Shown here in pieces: positions 38,940-49,397 of a DNA stretch of 64,000 nt. Source of the DNA: an uncultured Candidatus Poseidoniales archaeon (lineage in GTDB: Archaea > Thermoplasmatota > Poseidoniia > Poseidoniales > Thalassarchaeaceae); the NCBI GenBank assembly GCA_963968165.1, contig CAXAFE010000010.1, positions 471 through 64,470 of the forward strand, read 5' to 3'. Made by a program: the position numbers and the translations under genes. Under the pieces are notes generated by a model. It worked only from the letters and a program-made list of their open reading frames with translations. It was not told the origin of the DNA and searched no databases. Position 1 is the stretch's first letter, and every line of letters begins with the position of its first letter.

Positions 38940-41900
38940 ATGGTGGTGCGTACTATAGGGCGTCAACTCGAAAACAGTAAAAAATCATTATTAATTGTAA
39001 TGGTTTTAGTACTAGTTACTATATCTCCTTTGATTCACAACCAACACTCCACATCCGATATAAGGCCTGATAAAATAAATTGGGATACATCCGATAATTC
39101 CATTCAAATTTGGTCTGATGGAGGTCAAGTATGGCCTCAATTTGGAAGAACTGGAGATAGAATAGGAGATATTTTACCTCATAGCCCAGACGGCGGTGCT
39201 GGTTTTCAACATCCAGATGATTCATCAGAACTAATGTCAATAGTAAGTCCTGAAATAAATTGGGAATATGGAGATTATGAAATTGGAAATGATGCATTGG
39301 CGACTCCCATTGCTAATCTTGAAAATTCCATATCGAAAGATATTGAGGCGAATGAGAGATGTGGTGGTTCCTCGTTATTTATTATAATAATTCAAACTCA
39401 AGATGTCTCTGGTACTGATCACAGCATTCTAAAAATAATAGAAGGAGAAGATTCGGATTTAGCATGGCAAGTAGATTTGGGTGCTACTGAAACCATAAAA
39501 GCATCGCCAGTAGTTTTGGACATTGATGGAGACAACAAGCAAGAAATAATAATTGCATATGATGCTGGAGGATCAGTATTCGTTGAAGCATGGTCTCCAA
39601 GATTAACGTGTACGGTTACTGGATGGGCTCCCGGAGGTAATTCTGCTGAACTTTTATGGACTTGGAGTGATGATAATCTAATGATAAGTAGTGAAGAAGG
39701 CCCATATTCAAGTAATTTATTGGGAGGGCATAAGCCTACTACACAACCATTGTTGGCCGATTTAGATTTAGATGGAGATGCAGAACTCATACTGACATTA
39801 ATTGATGAAATAACTGATGAACCAGTAGTTCTTGCCCTTCCATTACCTACTAGCGGAGTTCCCAATCCAATATGGCAAGTAAGTTTGGATAAAGGTAGCC
39901 ACCCTTCGGATCCGTCATTTGCATTAACTGATGATGATACGGGTTACATATTACTTACGACAATTGAGGCTAATAGCGGAGGAATGTGGGTATGGAAAAT
40001 AGAATCAGATACGGGAGATTCAAGTTGGAGTGGAGGATTGAATCTAAATAATATCGATGGAGATAATGATGTACCTCACATAAGATTACCGGGTCCGATA
40101 ATTGCAAATTTAGATTCGGATGATGTCCCTGAAATGATAATAACAATACCAACCGATGCCGATGGTTCGGGAAGTGCCGATGGTGCAGAATATATAGGGA
40201 TGGAGATTAGTGATGGAGAAGAAATTTGGAGTTTTAATGCAGTAAATGGATATGCAGATGCCCCTCCAACAGTGATTGATACAGATAATGATGATATTTA
40301 TGATAGAGTATGTTGGGTAACATGGTGGCAAACAACTACTGCTAGACATGGAGAATTGGGATGTCATGATGTAAGTGGAATAATACCCAATCAAATTTGG
40401 AACAGAGATTTAGAGCAAAGTAGTGGCACTCCGAACGATGAAATAGCTGTTAGTGCAGCGACTTGGATGGATATAGATGGGGAAGGAGAGCAAGAAATAA
40501 TCGTTGCTTTTGGACGAACCTTGTGGGCCTTTGATGGCGAGGAAGGAACTAGTTCTGCAATTAATACTGAATGGTCGGATGAAATAGCGTTAAGCCATAG
40601 GACCTGGTCAACACCTTCACTAGCAGATATAGATGGAGACGCGACTCTTGATGTAGTAATTGGCAGTATGGTCATATCGAATGGACTGGCAGATATTAGG
40701 CCATTAATCGATGAAAGGAGTATAGAATTTAATCCTAATGCCCCTGATCCAGGAGAAAAGGTAACAATAACCGCTTTCTTTGAAAATGCAGGGACAAAGA
40801 TTACTGAGGAAGGCATAGATGCTATACTATATGCAGATGGAGAAGAAATTGGAAGGTATCGATCAGGGAATATGCAACCAATAGATCCAACTGGCCCCGG
40901 ATCTTTCTCTAGTTTTGATGTTGAATGGGAAGGAGAATTGGGAGACCATATATTTGAACTTCAATTAGACCCATATAGAAATATTTCACAATCGCGTTAT
41001 GACAACGATAATCAATCTAGAACGCTTTCAATCATACCAACATATAACGCCTCATTTGAAATTCAAACTAATCCAATTAGAATTAATCCAGGAGAGAGCG
41101 GAATTGCCATACCTACAATCAGATCTACGGGAAGGCTCGCGGGGATCTGGAGTATCGATATCGACGCCAGTAACCTTCCTCAGGGCTGGACATGGGAGAC
41201 GGTATCAGAAAATGAATTAACTAATATAGAAATAGAGTCAGGAAATATATGGAAGCCGGAAATAGTAATCAATGCCCCCCTTGAGGCCTTAGGTTCAGAT
41301 TCTGGATATTTGATATTGAAACTATCACTCGACCAAGACGCAAATATAAGTGTTGAAGCAACCATACCTATCGAGGCCAATAGAACAAGAGGTCTATCTC
41401 TGAGGGGCCCAGATGGAACGTCATTTAGTGAAGGGCATGGGCTACTAGGAGAATTTGCATCCGCCTGGCTAATGATAGAAAACGTAGGAAATGCTGTAGA
41501 AAATCAAATAACTATTTCCTGGGATAATACTGCATGGGGATCAGAATTAAAATTATTTAATTCGGCAAATATTGAACAATCGGCATTAATACTTGACCCT
41601 GGCGAATCTAAAGAAATGTCAGCAAGATTGATGGTGCCAAATGATGCTGCTTACGAAGAAGTGGTAACAACTCCTTTGATGATGTGTGTCGGAAGTGGAG
41701 AAGAGGAAATATGTCAAACTATATTTTTAGATTTTATTGCATCAAGAATAGTTATTGAAAATAATCATTTGAGATCAGTACCTTCAAATGAATTGATGTG
41801 GACTCTGAGTGCAGATATTCCAAATGATAGGGATGCAATTAACTGGTCCTTAGTAGATATAGGGATGGCAATAAGTGGTTGGAATTGGTATTCAGACGAG

Positions 41901-44627
41901 AATATAAGCATTATTGATGGAATCATATCTATTCAAGGCAACCCTGGGACTAGAGTAAATGGAAATATATACTTAGACTTACCTGAAGACTCTCATCCTA
42001 TGTATCATAGATTCTCTAAAACAGGCAATATTCCTGGATTATCTATGGATTTTTCAATAGAGATTTTACAAATTTATAGAGCGTCTTTGAGCATAATTTC
42101 CCCTGTAGAAATGCCAAGTTATATCGAAATAGGAGAGGAAAAAATAGTCATACTTAGGCTTGAAAATCAAGGAAATGGAGAAGATTCATTTCAACTATCC
42201 TACAAACTAATTCTGAATGAAAATATCTCTACAGATCCCGGGATAATGGTGACTTTCTCGAATAACCCACTAAGTCTTGAAGCAGGGAGTCTAAGATCGA
42301 TTCCTGTAAGTATAATTCTTCCCCCTTCTACTCCGGCGAAGGTAGATATAAATATAGAAATAATAATGAAATCATCCGGGAATATTTCAATTATTGATTC
42401 TAAAAATCTAATAATACAGGCAAAGCAGAATCATGTTTGGGAAATAGATGCACAAATCAATCAAGAACTTATTAATGGTAATGAATATACTATAATTCCT
42501 GGTGAAAGAATACAAATTGACATAAATGCTAAAAATTTAGGTAACATGTTAGATGATATAGAACTAATAAGTTCAACAAATATACAACTAGTAAATGGAG
42601 ATCAATCAATTGGGTGGAGTGTTGGCGGAGATTTTAGATACGGAGTTTTAGTAAATGAATCAATTGAATTAAAATTAAATGTCACAATACCTAAAACTGC
42701 GTTAGTTGGCTCTACGATGAATGTTGAAACAATTATAATGGCTAATACAGATGAAATAGAGAGGTTTTCATTTAATGTAGGTGTCGAACATATTTCAGGA
42801 TGGTCAATTTTAGCAAGAGATGCTGATTTAGAAATTGAAAAAAATGGTTCCGGAGTAGATTTAACAATAATACAATTAGGAAATTTGGAGACTAGACCAT
42901 ATATTTCAGTTTTGATCGTAGGAGAAGATGGTTGGATTGTTGAAGTACCAGCTGAAATATCACCAATAATTCCTGGAGGAGAAATTTCATTAATGCTGAA
43001 TATTACGCCCCCCTCATCAGCCCAATATGGAAAATCAGTAGAATTAAATGTTAGAGTTCGTGAAGGAGACTCTAGTTCAATTACTGAAATAACACTACCA
43101 ATCAGAGTGGCTGCAGTGTATAATTTTACTATGACAGAATATGATGATTGGATAGTATCTCCTTCTGGAGGTTATCCACTTGTTTCATTGAATAATTTGG
43201 GAAATTCACCTACAACTATATCACTTCAGATTTTGAGTCTACCCCAAAATTGGACAGTATTAGGTCCCGATAAAGTCGTTCTTGCCACTAATGAAGAAGT
43301 TGGTTTACCATTAAAATTAGTTCCATCTCAATACTGGGACGGAAGCGTAAGGACAATTAGAATATTGGCTAATGATAACAAAGGCAATCAACAAGAAATA
43401 ATCATTGATACTAAATTCAATGAATATTCCTGGGGCAGTTCACCTTTTATTAATTCGTATACTAACGATGATGCATTGGTCCATATTATGAATATTGATG
43501 AATTGGAAGACACAGTAATTGATGACGAGGGAAATATTTTGAAATGGATTGAACAGGGTTGGATTTTGACAACGGAATTAGAAGGTTTTATTTATGGAAA
43601 TATAACAATAAACCAGATTAATAAATTACCTTTTATTGTAAAATCTTTTGACATAAATAAAAGGGCAATTTCGTGTGAAATCTCAGGAGATTTTGGAGAT
43701 GTTCATTCTTCATGCACTATAGCACCAAATAATGTTAGTTTTTCATATTCGATCCTCTTAACAGATGACAAAGGAGATATTATTGACTATGGATATGGAT
43801 TTTTGAATAATATTGATACAAATATGATGATAAATATGAGTTCTGAAAGTTGGGAGCCTGAGCCTGGAATGAGATATCTAAACCTAAGAATTTTGGACTC
43901 CAAAGGGAATCAAATAGTTGAATATGAAAAGAATTTTGAAATTAGAAAAAGTAATTGGAATATAGGCTTGAATTCAGTTGATTTAGTAGGAACAGGTGAG
44001 GATCAAATGATAGAAATTACAGCAGAGAGATACGGTCATAGTCAATTATTGGATGCTGATTGTACCATAGAATTAACACAGGGAGATTTGAAAATACGTC
44101 AAAAAATTGATATGAGTACAAGAGTAATACTCACTCCGAAACCAAAGTTTGAAAGGCCTCTAGAGATTCAAGATGGTTCTGAGATTACTGTTATAATAGG
44201 CTGCTTATTTCCTTGGGATTTAGATGCTAATCAAGCAGATAATGAGATAAGAAAGGTTCTAACAGGAGGTGCTATTGATAATGAAAGAACAATTGTTACT
44301 TCCTTAAGTATGATTACCGCATTTGCAATAATCGCATTATCTGCGACTATATCGTGGATATTGAAAAATCGAAGAGAGATGAGAGAATTTGAGGAAATGG
44401 CTGAAAATGCTATAAAAAATAAATTAAGATCCGAAAGTAAAATAAAAGAAATTGATAAAATAAAATCAGAAGCCCCAAAAATAGAGGAATTATCAACTTC
44501 TGATTCTGAAGATGATAACATTGCACTGCTAGAAGTAAAGAAAAATAATGATGATGTTGAAAATAATAGGGATGAGCACTTAGATGAATTCGAGCGTAGG
44601 TTGAAGCGTATTCGCCGTGACGCCTGA
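38940..44627 (+). CDS. Large surface protein: FG-GAP/PQQ-like beta-propeller, CARDB and COG1470-like Ig repeats, C-terminal TM anchor
   Basis: Signal/anchor helix, WPQFG, repeated DxDGDxxxE, VTITAFFENAG..LDP..NDN, repeated (V/L/I)xNxGN modules. Confidence 0.82.
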   Translation: MVVRTIGRQLENSKKSLLIVMVLVLVTISPLIHNQHSTSDIRPDKINWDTSDNSIQIWSDGGQVWPQFGRTGDRIGDILPHSPDGGAGFQHPDDSSELMSIVSPEINWEYGDYEIGNDALATPIANLENSISKDIEANERCGGSSLFIIIIQTQDVSGTDHSILKIIEGEDSDLAWQVDLGATETIKASPVVLDIDGDNKQEIIIAYDAGGSVFVEAWSPRLTCTVTGWAPGGNSAELLWTWSDDNLMISSEEGPYSSNLLGGHKPTTQPLLADLDLDGDAELILTLIDEITDEPVVLALPLPTSGVPNPIWQVSLDKGSHPSDPSFALTDDDTGYILLTTIEANSGGMWVWKIESDTGDSSWSGGLNLNNIDGDNDVPHIRLPGPIIANLDSDDVPEMIITIPTDADGSGSADGAEYIGMEISDGEEIWSFNAVNGYADAPPTVIDTDNDDIYDRVCWVTWWQTTTARHGELGCHDVSGIIPNQIWNRDLEQSSGTPNDEIAVSAATWMDIDGEGEQEIIVAFGRTLWAFDGEEGTSSAINTEWSDEIALSHRTWSTPSLADIDGDATLDVVIGSMVISNGLADIRPLIDERSIEFNPNAPDPGEKVTITAFFENAGTKITEEGIDAILYADGEEIGRYRSGNMQPIDPTGPGSFSSFDVEWEGELGDHIFELQLDPYRNISQSRYDNDNQSRTLSIIPTYNASFEIQTNPIRINPGESGIAIPTIRSTGRLAGIWSIDIDASNLPQGWTWETVSENELTNIEIESGNIWKPEIVINAPLEALGSDSGYLILKLSLDQDANISVEATIPIEANRTRGLSLRGPDGTSFSEGHGLLGEFASAWLMIENVGNAVENQITISWDNTAWGSELKLFNSANIEQSALILDPGESKEMSARLMVPNDAAYEEVVTTPLMMCVGSGEEEICQTIFLDFIASRIVIENNHLRSVPSNELMWTLSADIPNDRDAINWSLVDIGMAISGWNWYSDENISIIDGIISIQGNPGTRVNGNIYLDLPEDSHPMYHRFSKTGNIPGLSMDFSIEILQIYRASLSIISPVEMPSYIEIGEEKIVILRLENQGNGEDSFQLSYKLILNENISTDPGIMVTFSNNPLSLEAGSLRSIPVSIILPPSTPAKVDINIEIIMKSSGNISIIDSKNLIIQAKQNHVWEIDAQINQELINGNEYTIIPGERIQIDINAKNLGNMLDDIELISSTNIQLVNGDQSIGWSVGGDFRYGVLVNESIELKLNVTIPKTALVGSTMNVETIIMANTDEIERFSFNVGVEHISGWSILARDADLEIEKNGSGVDLTIIQLGNLETRPYISVLIVGEDGWIVEVPAEISPIIPGGEISLMLNITPPSSAQYGKSVELNVRVREGDSSSITEITLPIRVAAVYNFTMTEYDDWIVSPSGGYPLVSLNNLGNSPTTISLQILSLPQNWTVLGPDKVVLATNEEVGLPLKLVPSQYWDGSVRTIRILANDNKGNQQEIIIDTKFNEYSWGSSPFINSYTNDDALVHIMNIDELEDTVIDDEGNILKWIEQGWILTTELEGFIYGNITINQINKLPFIVKSFDINKRAISCEISGDFGDVHSSCTIAPNNVSFSYSILLTDDKGDIIDYGYGFLNNIDTNMMINMSSESWEPEPGMRYLNLRILDSKGNQIVEYEKNFEIRKSNWNIGLNSVDLVGTGEDQMIEITAERYGHSQLLDADCTIELTQGDLKIRQKIDMSTRVILTPKPKFERPLEIQDGSEITVIIGCLFPWDLDANQADNEIRKVLTGGAIDNERTIVTSLSMITAFAIIALSATISWILKNRREMREFEEMAENAIKNKLRSESKIKEIDKIKSEAPKIEELSTSDSEDDNIALLEVKKNNDDVENNRDEHLDEFERRLKRIRRDA

Positions 44628-45270
44628 GGCAGAGTTGGTCCCTTTGAGTCGATATATTCAGCCTAGTGCGTTTTATACTTTTGATCCCATTAGAATAGAT
44701 GTGGATGATATTATAAATTCAATTGAAAAAAGCATGGATGGCGAACATGAAGAATTAATAGAAATTATGGGAGAAAATAATGCATTATCTAATCTTAAAC
44801 AAGGAAAAAAATCAAATTACGATAGGGCTACAACATTATTTGTATCAATTTTAGACTGGCAAGAGAATGGAAGTGCCCCAATCCCATTGGATAGAGATAA
44901 TGTAAAAGAAAGAATTGGTAGATTTCCAACATCTGATGGAAATTCTATAAAATACTTATTAGATAATACTTCTGATGAAGATCACGAAAGTAAATTACAT
45001 GAACTATTGATTAAATTAATGAAAGGTTTATTGCCAGAAAATTTAGGTTACAAGGAATATGACAAGGGGGTAGCCGGATTGGAACTAATGGGTTGGATTA
45101 ATTCGGATGAAGTCTCGGAACTTAAAAATACTATACAAAAAGGAAGATGGATTGTTTCAGCTAAAGAACCATATGATGGAGGAGTACAAGAAATATTTCG
45201 AAATTTGGTCAAGTTATTAAAGTCGGCGGAAAGACGTAATTGTGGAATTTTGATGCGCAAGCATTCTTAG
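44617..45270 (+). CDS. Hypothetical protein
   Basis: 217-aa ORF with GTG start overlapping the upstream stop. Confidence 0.7.
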   Translation: MTPEAELVPLSRYIQPSAFYTFDPIRIDVDDIINSIEKSMDGEHEELIEIMGENNALSNLKQGKKSNYDRATTLFVSILDWQENGSAPIPLDRDNVKERIGRFPTSDGNSIKYLLDNTSDEDHESKLHELLIKLMKGLLPENLGYKEYDKGVAGLELMGWINSDEVSELKNTIQKGRWIVSAKEPYDGGVQEIFRNLVKLLKSAERRNCGILMRKHS

Positions 45271-45272
45271 AT

Positions 45273-46184
45273 CTAAAAGGTTAAACCGGTTAATCTCTCA
45301 TACATATTTGAATATAAGTTGGCCGTTTCTGAGATGATATTAACAGGCAATTCAGGAATTGGTGGTTCCTCATTACCATTCTTTCTAGCTTCATAAAGAA
45401 CATCATGATGACCGGTGGCTAAGTAATGCTCTCTAACAAATTCTTTTGATAATTGAATAATTTCTCCTTCACCATATGATTTTGCATCCCACCATCTATC
45501 TTCATCTAAAGTCCCAAAAGAATCAACTAATACTGGCACCCTATTCTTTCCTAGCGCAAATTCCTTTTTCCCATCAACATGTATTAATCCCCTTGATGCG
45601 GCTTCAGTATTTATGATATCATCAATTTTTAGAACTATCTCCATTATATTATCAAATTCAGCATCAGTTAGGTTTGAGATAAATAATGCTTCCTTCCTAT
45701 CTAAAAGGCGATCAAAAGCTTCAAACTTTGTAGAAACCTCAAGATATGGCTTTGGTAGTTTTATACCTTCGTGTAATTTGGTACCAGGCTCAAAACCAAA
45801 CTCTTCTGCAGGGGCATCTCCTCTCTCGTACCTCCTCCATCCCGAACCAGCTAAATAGTGCCTACATATTACTTCTAGTGGGATAAATACATTTTCGGCG
45901 TCTCTTGGAATTGCCCCTGGTTCTCTAATTACATTGAATTTACGAGCAAGAATCCTATCTGGAGCGTTGACTTCTATGACATGGGTTTCACAAATGCCAG
46001 CATCTTCGACCATACTAAACCAATGCGCAGAGGTACGGTTTAGTGATTCGCCCTTTCTTGGTATTAAACTAGGAATGATTTGATCGAATACGCTAATCTG
46101 ATCAGTATATCTAAATTCAATTATATCTGGATCATCAGTACTCCACACTTGCTTTACTTTTCCTTGGTATATTAACTCGCCCAT
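45273..46184 (-). CDS. purC: SAICAR synthase
   Basis: YQGKVK, TDQISVFD, IPLEVICRHYLAGS, VDGKKEF, DEDRWW and SKEFVR motifs. Confidence 0.95.
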   Translation of the reverse strand: MGELIYQGKVKQVWSTDDPDIIEFRYTDQISVFDQIIPSLIPRKGESLNRTSAHWFSMVEDAGICETHVIEVNAPDRILARKFNVIREPGAIPRDAENVFIPLEVICRHYLAGSGWRRYERGDAPAEEFGFEPGTKLHEGIKLPKPYLEVSTKFEAFDRLLDRKEALFISNLTDAEFDNIMEIVLKIDDIINTEAASRGLIHVDGKKEFALGKNRVPVLVDSFGTLDEDRWWDAKSYGEGEIIQLSKEFVREHYLATGHHDVLYEARKNGNEEPPIPELPVNIISETANLYSNMYERLTGLTF

Positions 46185-46254
46185 AAACCTCTGAAATGAA
46201 ATAGGGAAATTAACATTACTGACGAATCGTCTCAGGAAAAATATTTAATTATCA

Positions 46255-48654
46255 ATGCAAGGGTTCTATATCCTTACTCCTAATCGGAATTTAGTGAATG
46301 AAATGTATAGGCAGGTCTTTGATTCGAAAGAATCGAAAAAAAAGTACATTAAACGTATTATATTAGTATTTTCATTAACATTATTGTTATTATGTTCGGG
46401 AGTTGTGCAGGCACAGAGTAGTAAGAAAAGTGGTTGGGAAATTATTGAATCTAATACTGAAGTTGATATTACTAATATCATATCTACGATAGGTGAGAAC
46501 GTTTGGTCATTTGGAAATAATGGTCTGATGATGAAAAGTATCGACAAAGGAAAAAACTGGAATATTCTTGACAATGTGACTAATGAAGACATAATGTCCT
46601 CAGATTACTCAAATGGGATATTAGTTTTTGTTGGTAAAAATGGAACTGTTTTTCAGAAAGGTACTAATGATTTATGGGAAAATATATCTATCATAGATTC
46701 TTCTATGGATTTGAAAGGAGTTGCAATATCATCGGAGGATTTGATATATGTAATAGGTGATAAAAATTCATTGTGGAAGTATGATAATAAAATTTGGGAA
46801 AATATTTCAAATGATAATCTAATGAATTATAACTCAATATCATTTATTGATAGTAATGATGGCCTTAATGGAGTTATAGTAGGAGATAGGGGATTGATCC
46901 TAACTACATTAGATAGCGGATATAATTGGAATTTAATAGAGCCCCCAGAATCAATAAAGAATTCAAATATCATTTCTGTCGAATTATATAGCGAGTCCAA
47001 GGCTTATGCGACAACTGAAGATGGATACATCTTGGTATCTAGAAATTTAGACACGAGCATAGGATTTGAATGGGATTTAGTATTAGATGAGAGGTTACCT
47101 ATTGGAGCCGCTAGAATTGAAAATATAGATGTAATAAATTCAATAAAAATTATAGTAACAGGTACAAACAATTATGTTGCAACCAGTAAAGATGGTGGCA
47201 ATACATTTGAAAGGCATAACTTGTCATTATTGCCTTCAGAGGGAGAGTTGGTTATTCGTGATATAGAAATGATAGATGGTTTTTGTGGCATAATTACTGG
47301 TAATTATGGATTAATTTTGATTACAGCAGATAACGAATATGGATGCACAGAAGGCCTAGATCAGTCAGTTGGTTTTGAAATAGAAGAATTCAATAAATTT
47401 GGCACATTTGTAGAAAAATATGCTCCATGGATGTTGGATGGATTAATAGCAACTATGAAAATAGTAGGATTTGGAATTTTATTTGGATTTATTATTGGCA
47501 TATTTTTAGCAATGTGTAAAACTGCCCCAACCTCTCTGAAGGATATGATTGAAAGTCATTTGGAAAATGTTATTTTTATCTCATGGATTATGATTCCATT
47601 TTGTATTTTGATTTCAAGATACTATGCTAGTCTGAAGATCGGGTTAGTATCATTTTTAATATTATTAATAGCTTTGAAAATATTAAAGATCTATTTAAAG
47701 AATAATAAATTAAAACAATTGTCTGATCAGGAAGGTTTCTTTGGAATAATAATTCCCCAATCTAAAAGATTATTTTGGACGCGTATATTAGGACTCTCTT
47801 TGATGATTGGAATACCCGATACTGGAATTATCAGAATAAGAGGAGGTATTTTAATGATAATAGAATCTATAGATTCATTTATGTCATTAGGATTAAATGG
47901 ATTTGAATATGTTTATTCACCTGTGGGTGATCCTATTGCTTTTTCATACTTGATAATGGGTTTTGGTTTGTTAATACCCGGAATATTGTTATCAACAACT
48001 AATGGTAAATATTCAGATATATTTATTCCATTCTTAAATAATAAAAAAATAAAGTTTAAACCTTGGGAAATAAGACCTTTGAATTCTCTTGCTACTTTGT
48101 ATACTGATATGTTTCGAAATACACCTTTGGTAGTACAATTTCTATTTTTGCACTTTGGAATTGAAATTGGAAAAAGATTAGAGCAATCTGGAAGTGACAT
48201 GTTTCAAGGTATACCATATTTAGCCGATATTTTTAGTGACAGGATTTACCTGAGTGCAATATGTGCTCTTGCGATGAATTCAGGAGCATATCAATGCGAA
48301 ACATTGAGAGGCGCTATCGCTGCAATTCCTTCTGGACAAATGGAAGCGGGAAGAAGTATTGGATTAACTTATTTACAAACAATGCGCTTGATAATATTAC
48401 CTCAATCGATAAGAATATGCATTCCTCCTCTCGGTAATGAAATGGTAAATTTAGTTCTAAACTCATCATTGGCCATGGTAATAGGCTACACTGAATTAAC
48501 TAGGCAAGGAAAATTAATCAATGCAATAACATTCCAAATTACTTGGACTTGGGGGATGGTAATGATTTCATATTTTATAGTAACATGGGCATTAGCAATG
48601 GTACTTAGAAGGATCGAGGTAAAAACACGTATCCCAGGATTGGGGATTGTATAG
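46255..48654 (+). CDS. Polar amino-acid ABC permease fused to an N-terminal Ycf48/BNR-like beta-propeller
   Basis: Blades such as VGDRGLILTTLDSGYNW, SIDKGKNW and SKDGGNTF; permease motifs FRNTPLVVQ, AYQCETLRGAI, GQMEAGRSIGL, IILPQ and NSSL. Confidence 0.88.
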   Translation: MQGFYILTPNRNLVNEMYRQVFDSKESKKKYIKRIILVFSLTLLLLCSGVVQAQSSKKSGWEIIESNTEVDITNIISTIGENVWSFGNNGLMMKSIDKGKNWNILDNVTNEDIMSSDYSNGILVFVGKNGTVFQKGTNDLWENISIIDSSMDLKGVAISSEDLIYVIGDKNSLWKYDNKIWENISNDNLMNYNSISFIDSNDGLNGVIVGDRGLILTTLDSGYNWNLIEPPESIKNSNIISVELYSESKAYATTEDGYILVSRNLDTSIGFEWDLVLDERLPIGAARIENIDVINSIKIIVTGTNNYVATSKDGGNTFERHNLSLLPSEGELVIRDIEMIDGFCGIITGNYGLILITADNEYGCTEGLDQSVGFEIEEFNKFGTFVEKYAPWMLDGLIATMKIVGFGILFGFIIGIFLAMCKTAPTSLKDMIESHLENVIFISWIMIPFCILISRYYASLKIGLVSFLILLIALKILKIYLKNNKLKQLSDQEGFFGIIIPQSKRLFWTRILGLSLMIGIPDTGIIRIRGGILMIIESIDSFMSLGLNGFEYVYSPVGDPIAFSYLIMGFGLLIPGILLSTTNGKYSDIFIPFLNNKKIKFKPWEIRPLNSLATLYTDMFRNTPLVVQFLFLHFGIEIGKRLEQSGSDMFQGIPYLADIFSDRIYLSAICALAMNSGAYQCETLRGAIAAIPSGQMEAGRSIGLTYLQTMRLIILPQSIRICIPPLGNEMVNLVLNSSLAMVIGYTELTRQGKLINAITFQITWTWGMVMISYFIVTWALAMVLRRIEVKTRIPGLGIV

Positions 48655-48662
48655 GTGGTCAA

Positions 48663-49397
48663 ATGTCTGAAGAAGTTTTAATTGTTGAGAATATGCATAA
48701 AGTATATCCAGGTGGAGTACATGCCGTAAAGGGGATTTCATTCAAGGTGAACGAGGGAGAATCGGTTGCAATAATTGGATCATCCGGTAGTGGTAAATCA
48801 ACTGTATTGAGATGTATCAATAGGTTGATTGAGCCAACAGAGGGGATAATTAAATTGAAAGGAGAGCAAATAAACACTCCCGTAGCAGATGTAAATGAGA
48901 TTAGATCGAGAATAGGGATGGTTTTTCAGTCATTTGAATTATTTGCCCACTTAAAAGTATTACAAAATATTACATTGGGCCTGATTCATGTAAGGGGCAT
49001 GAGTACTGAAGAAGCAGAAAAAATAGCTCTAGAAGTATTAGAAAGAGTAGAAATGTTAGATAGGAAAGATGCTTATCCCGGAAATCTTTCAGGAGGACAA
49101 AAACAGAGAGTAGCGATTGCAAGAGCACTGGCGATGAAACCTGAAATATTACTATTTGATGAACCTACCAGCGCCCTGGACCCGGAATTAATAGGATCTG
49201 TGCTAGAAAATATTCGATCGTTGGCAAATGAAGGAATGACAATGATAATTGTAACTCATGAAATAGGATTTGCGAGAGATGTTGCTAATAGGATAATATA
49301 TATGGATGAGGGAATTATTGCTGAAGTAGGAAGTTCAGAAATTATAGATAACCCTCAAACAGAGAGAATGAAAAAATTTCTTTCAACTTGGGACTAA
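48663..49397 (+). CDS. Polar amino-acid ABC transporter ATP-binding protein (GlnQ-like)
   Basis: GSSGSGKS, LSGGQKQRVAIARAL, DEPTSALDPE and VTHE motifs. Confidence 0.95.
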   Translation: MSEEVLIVENMHKVYPGGVHAVKGISFKVNEGESVAIIGSSGSGKSTVLRCINRLIEPTEGIIKLKGEQINTPVADVNEIRSRIGMVFQSFELFAHLKVLQNITLGLIHVRGMSTEEAEKIALEVLERVEMLDRKDAYPGNLSGGQKQRVAIARALAMKPEILLFDEPTSALDPELIGSVLENIRSLANEGMTMIIVTHEIGFARDVANRIIYMDEGIIAEVGSSEIIDNPQTERMKKFLSTWD

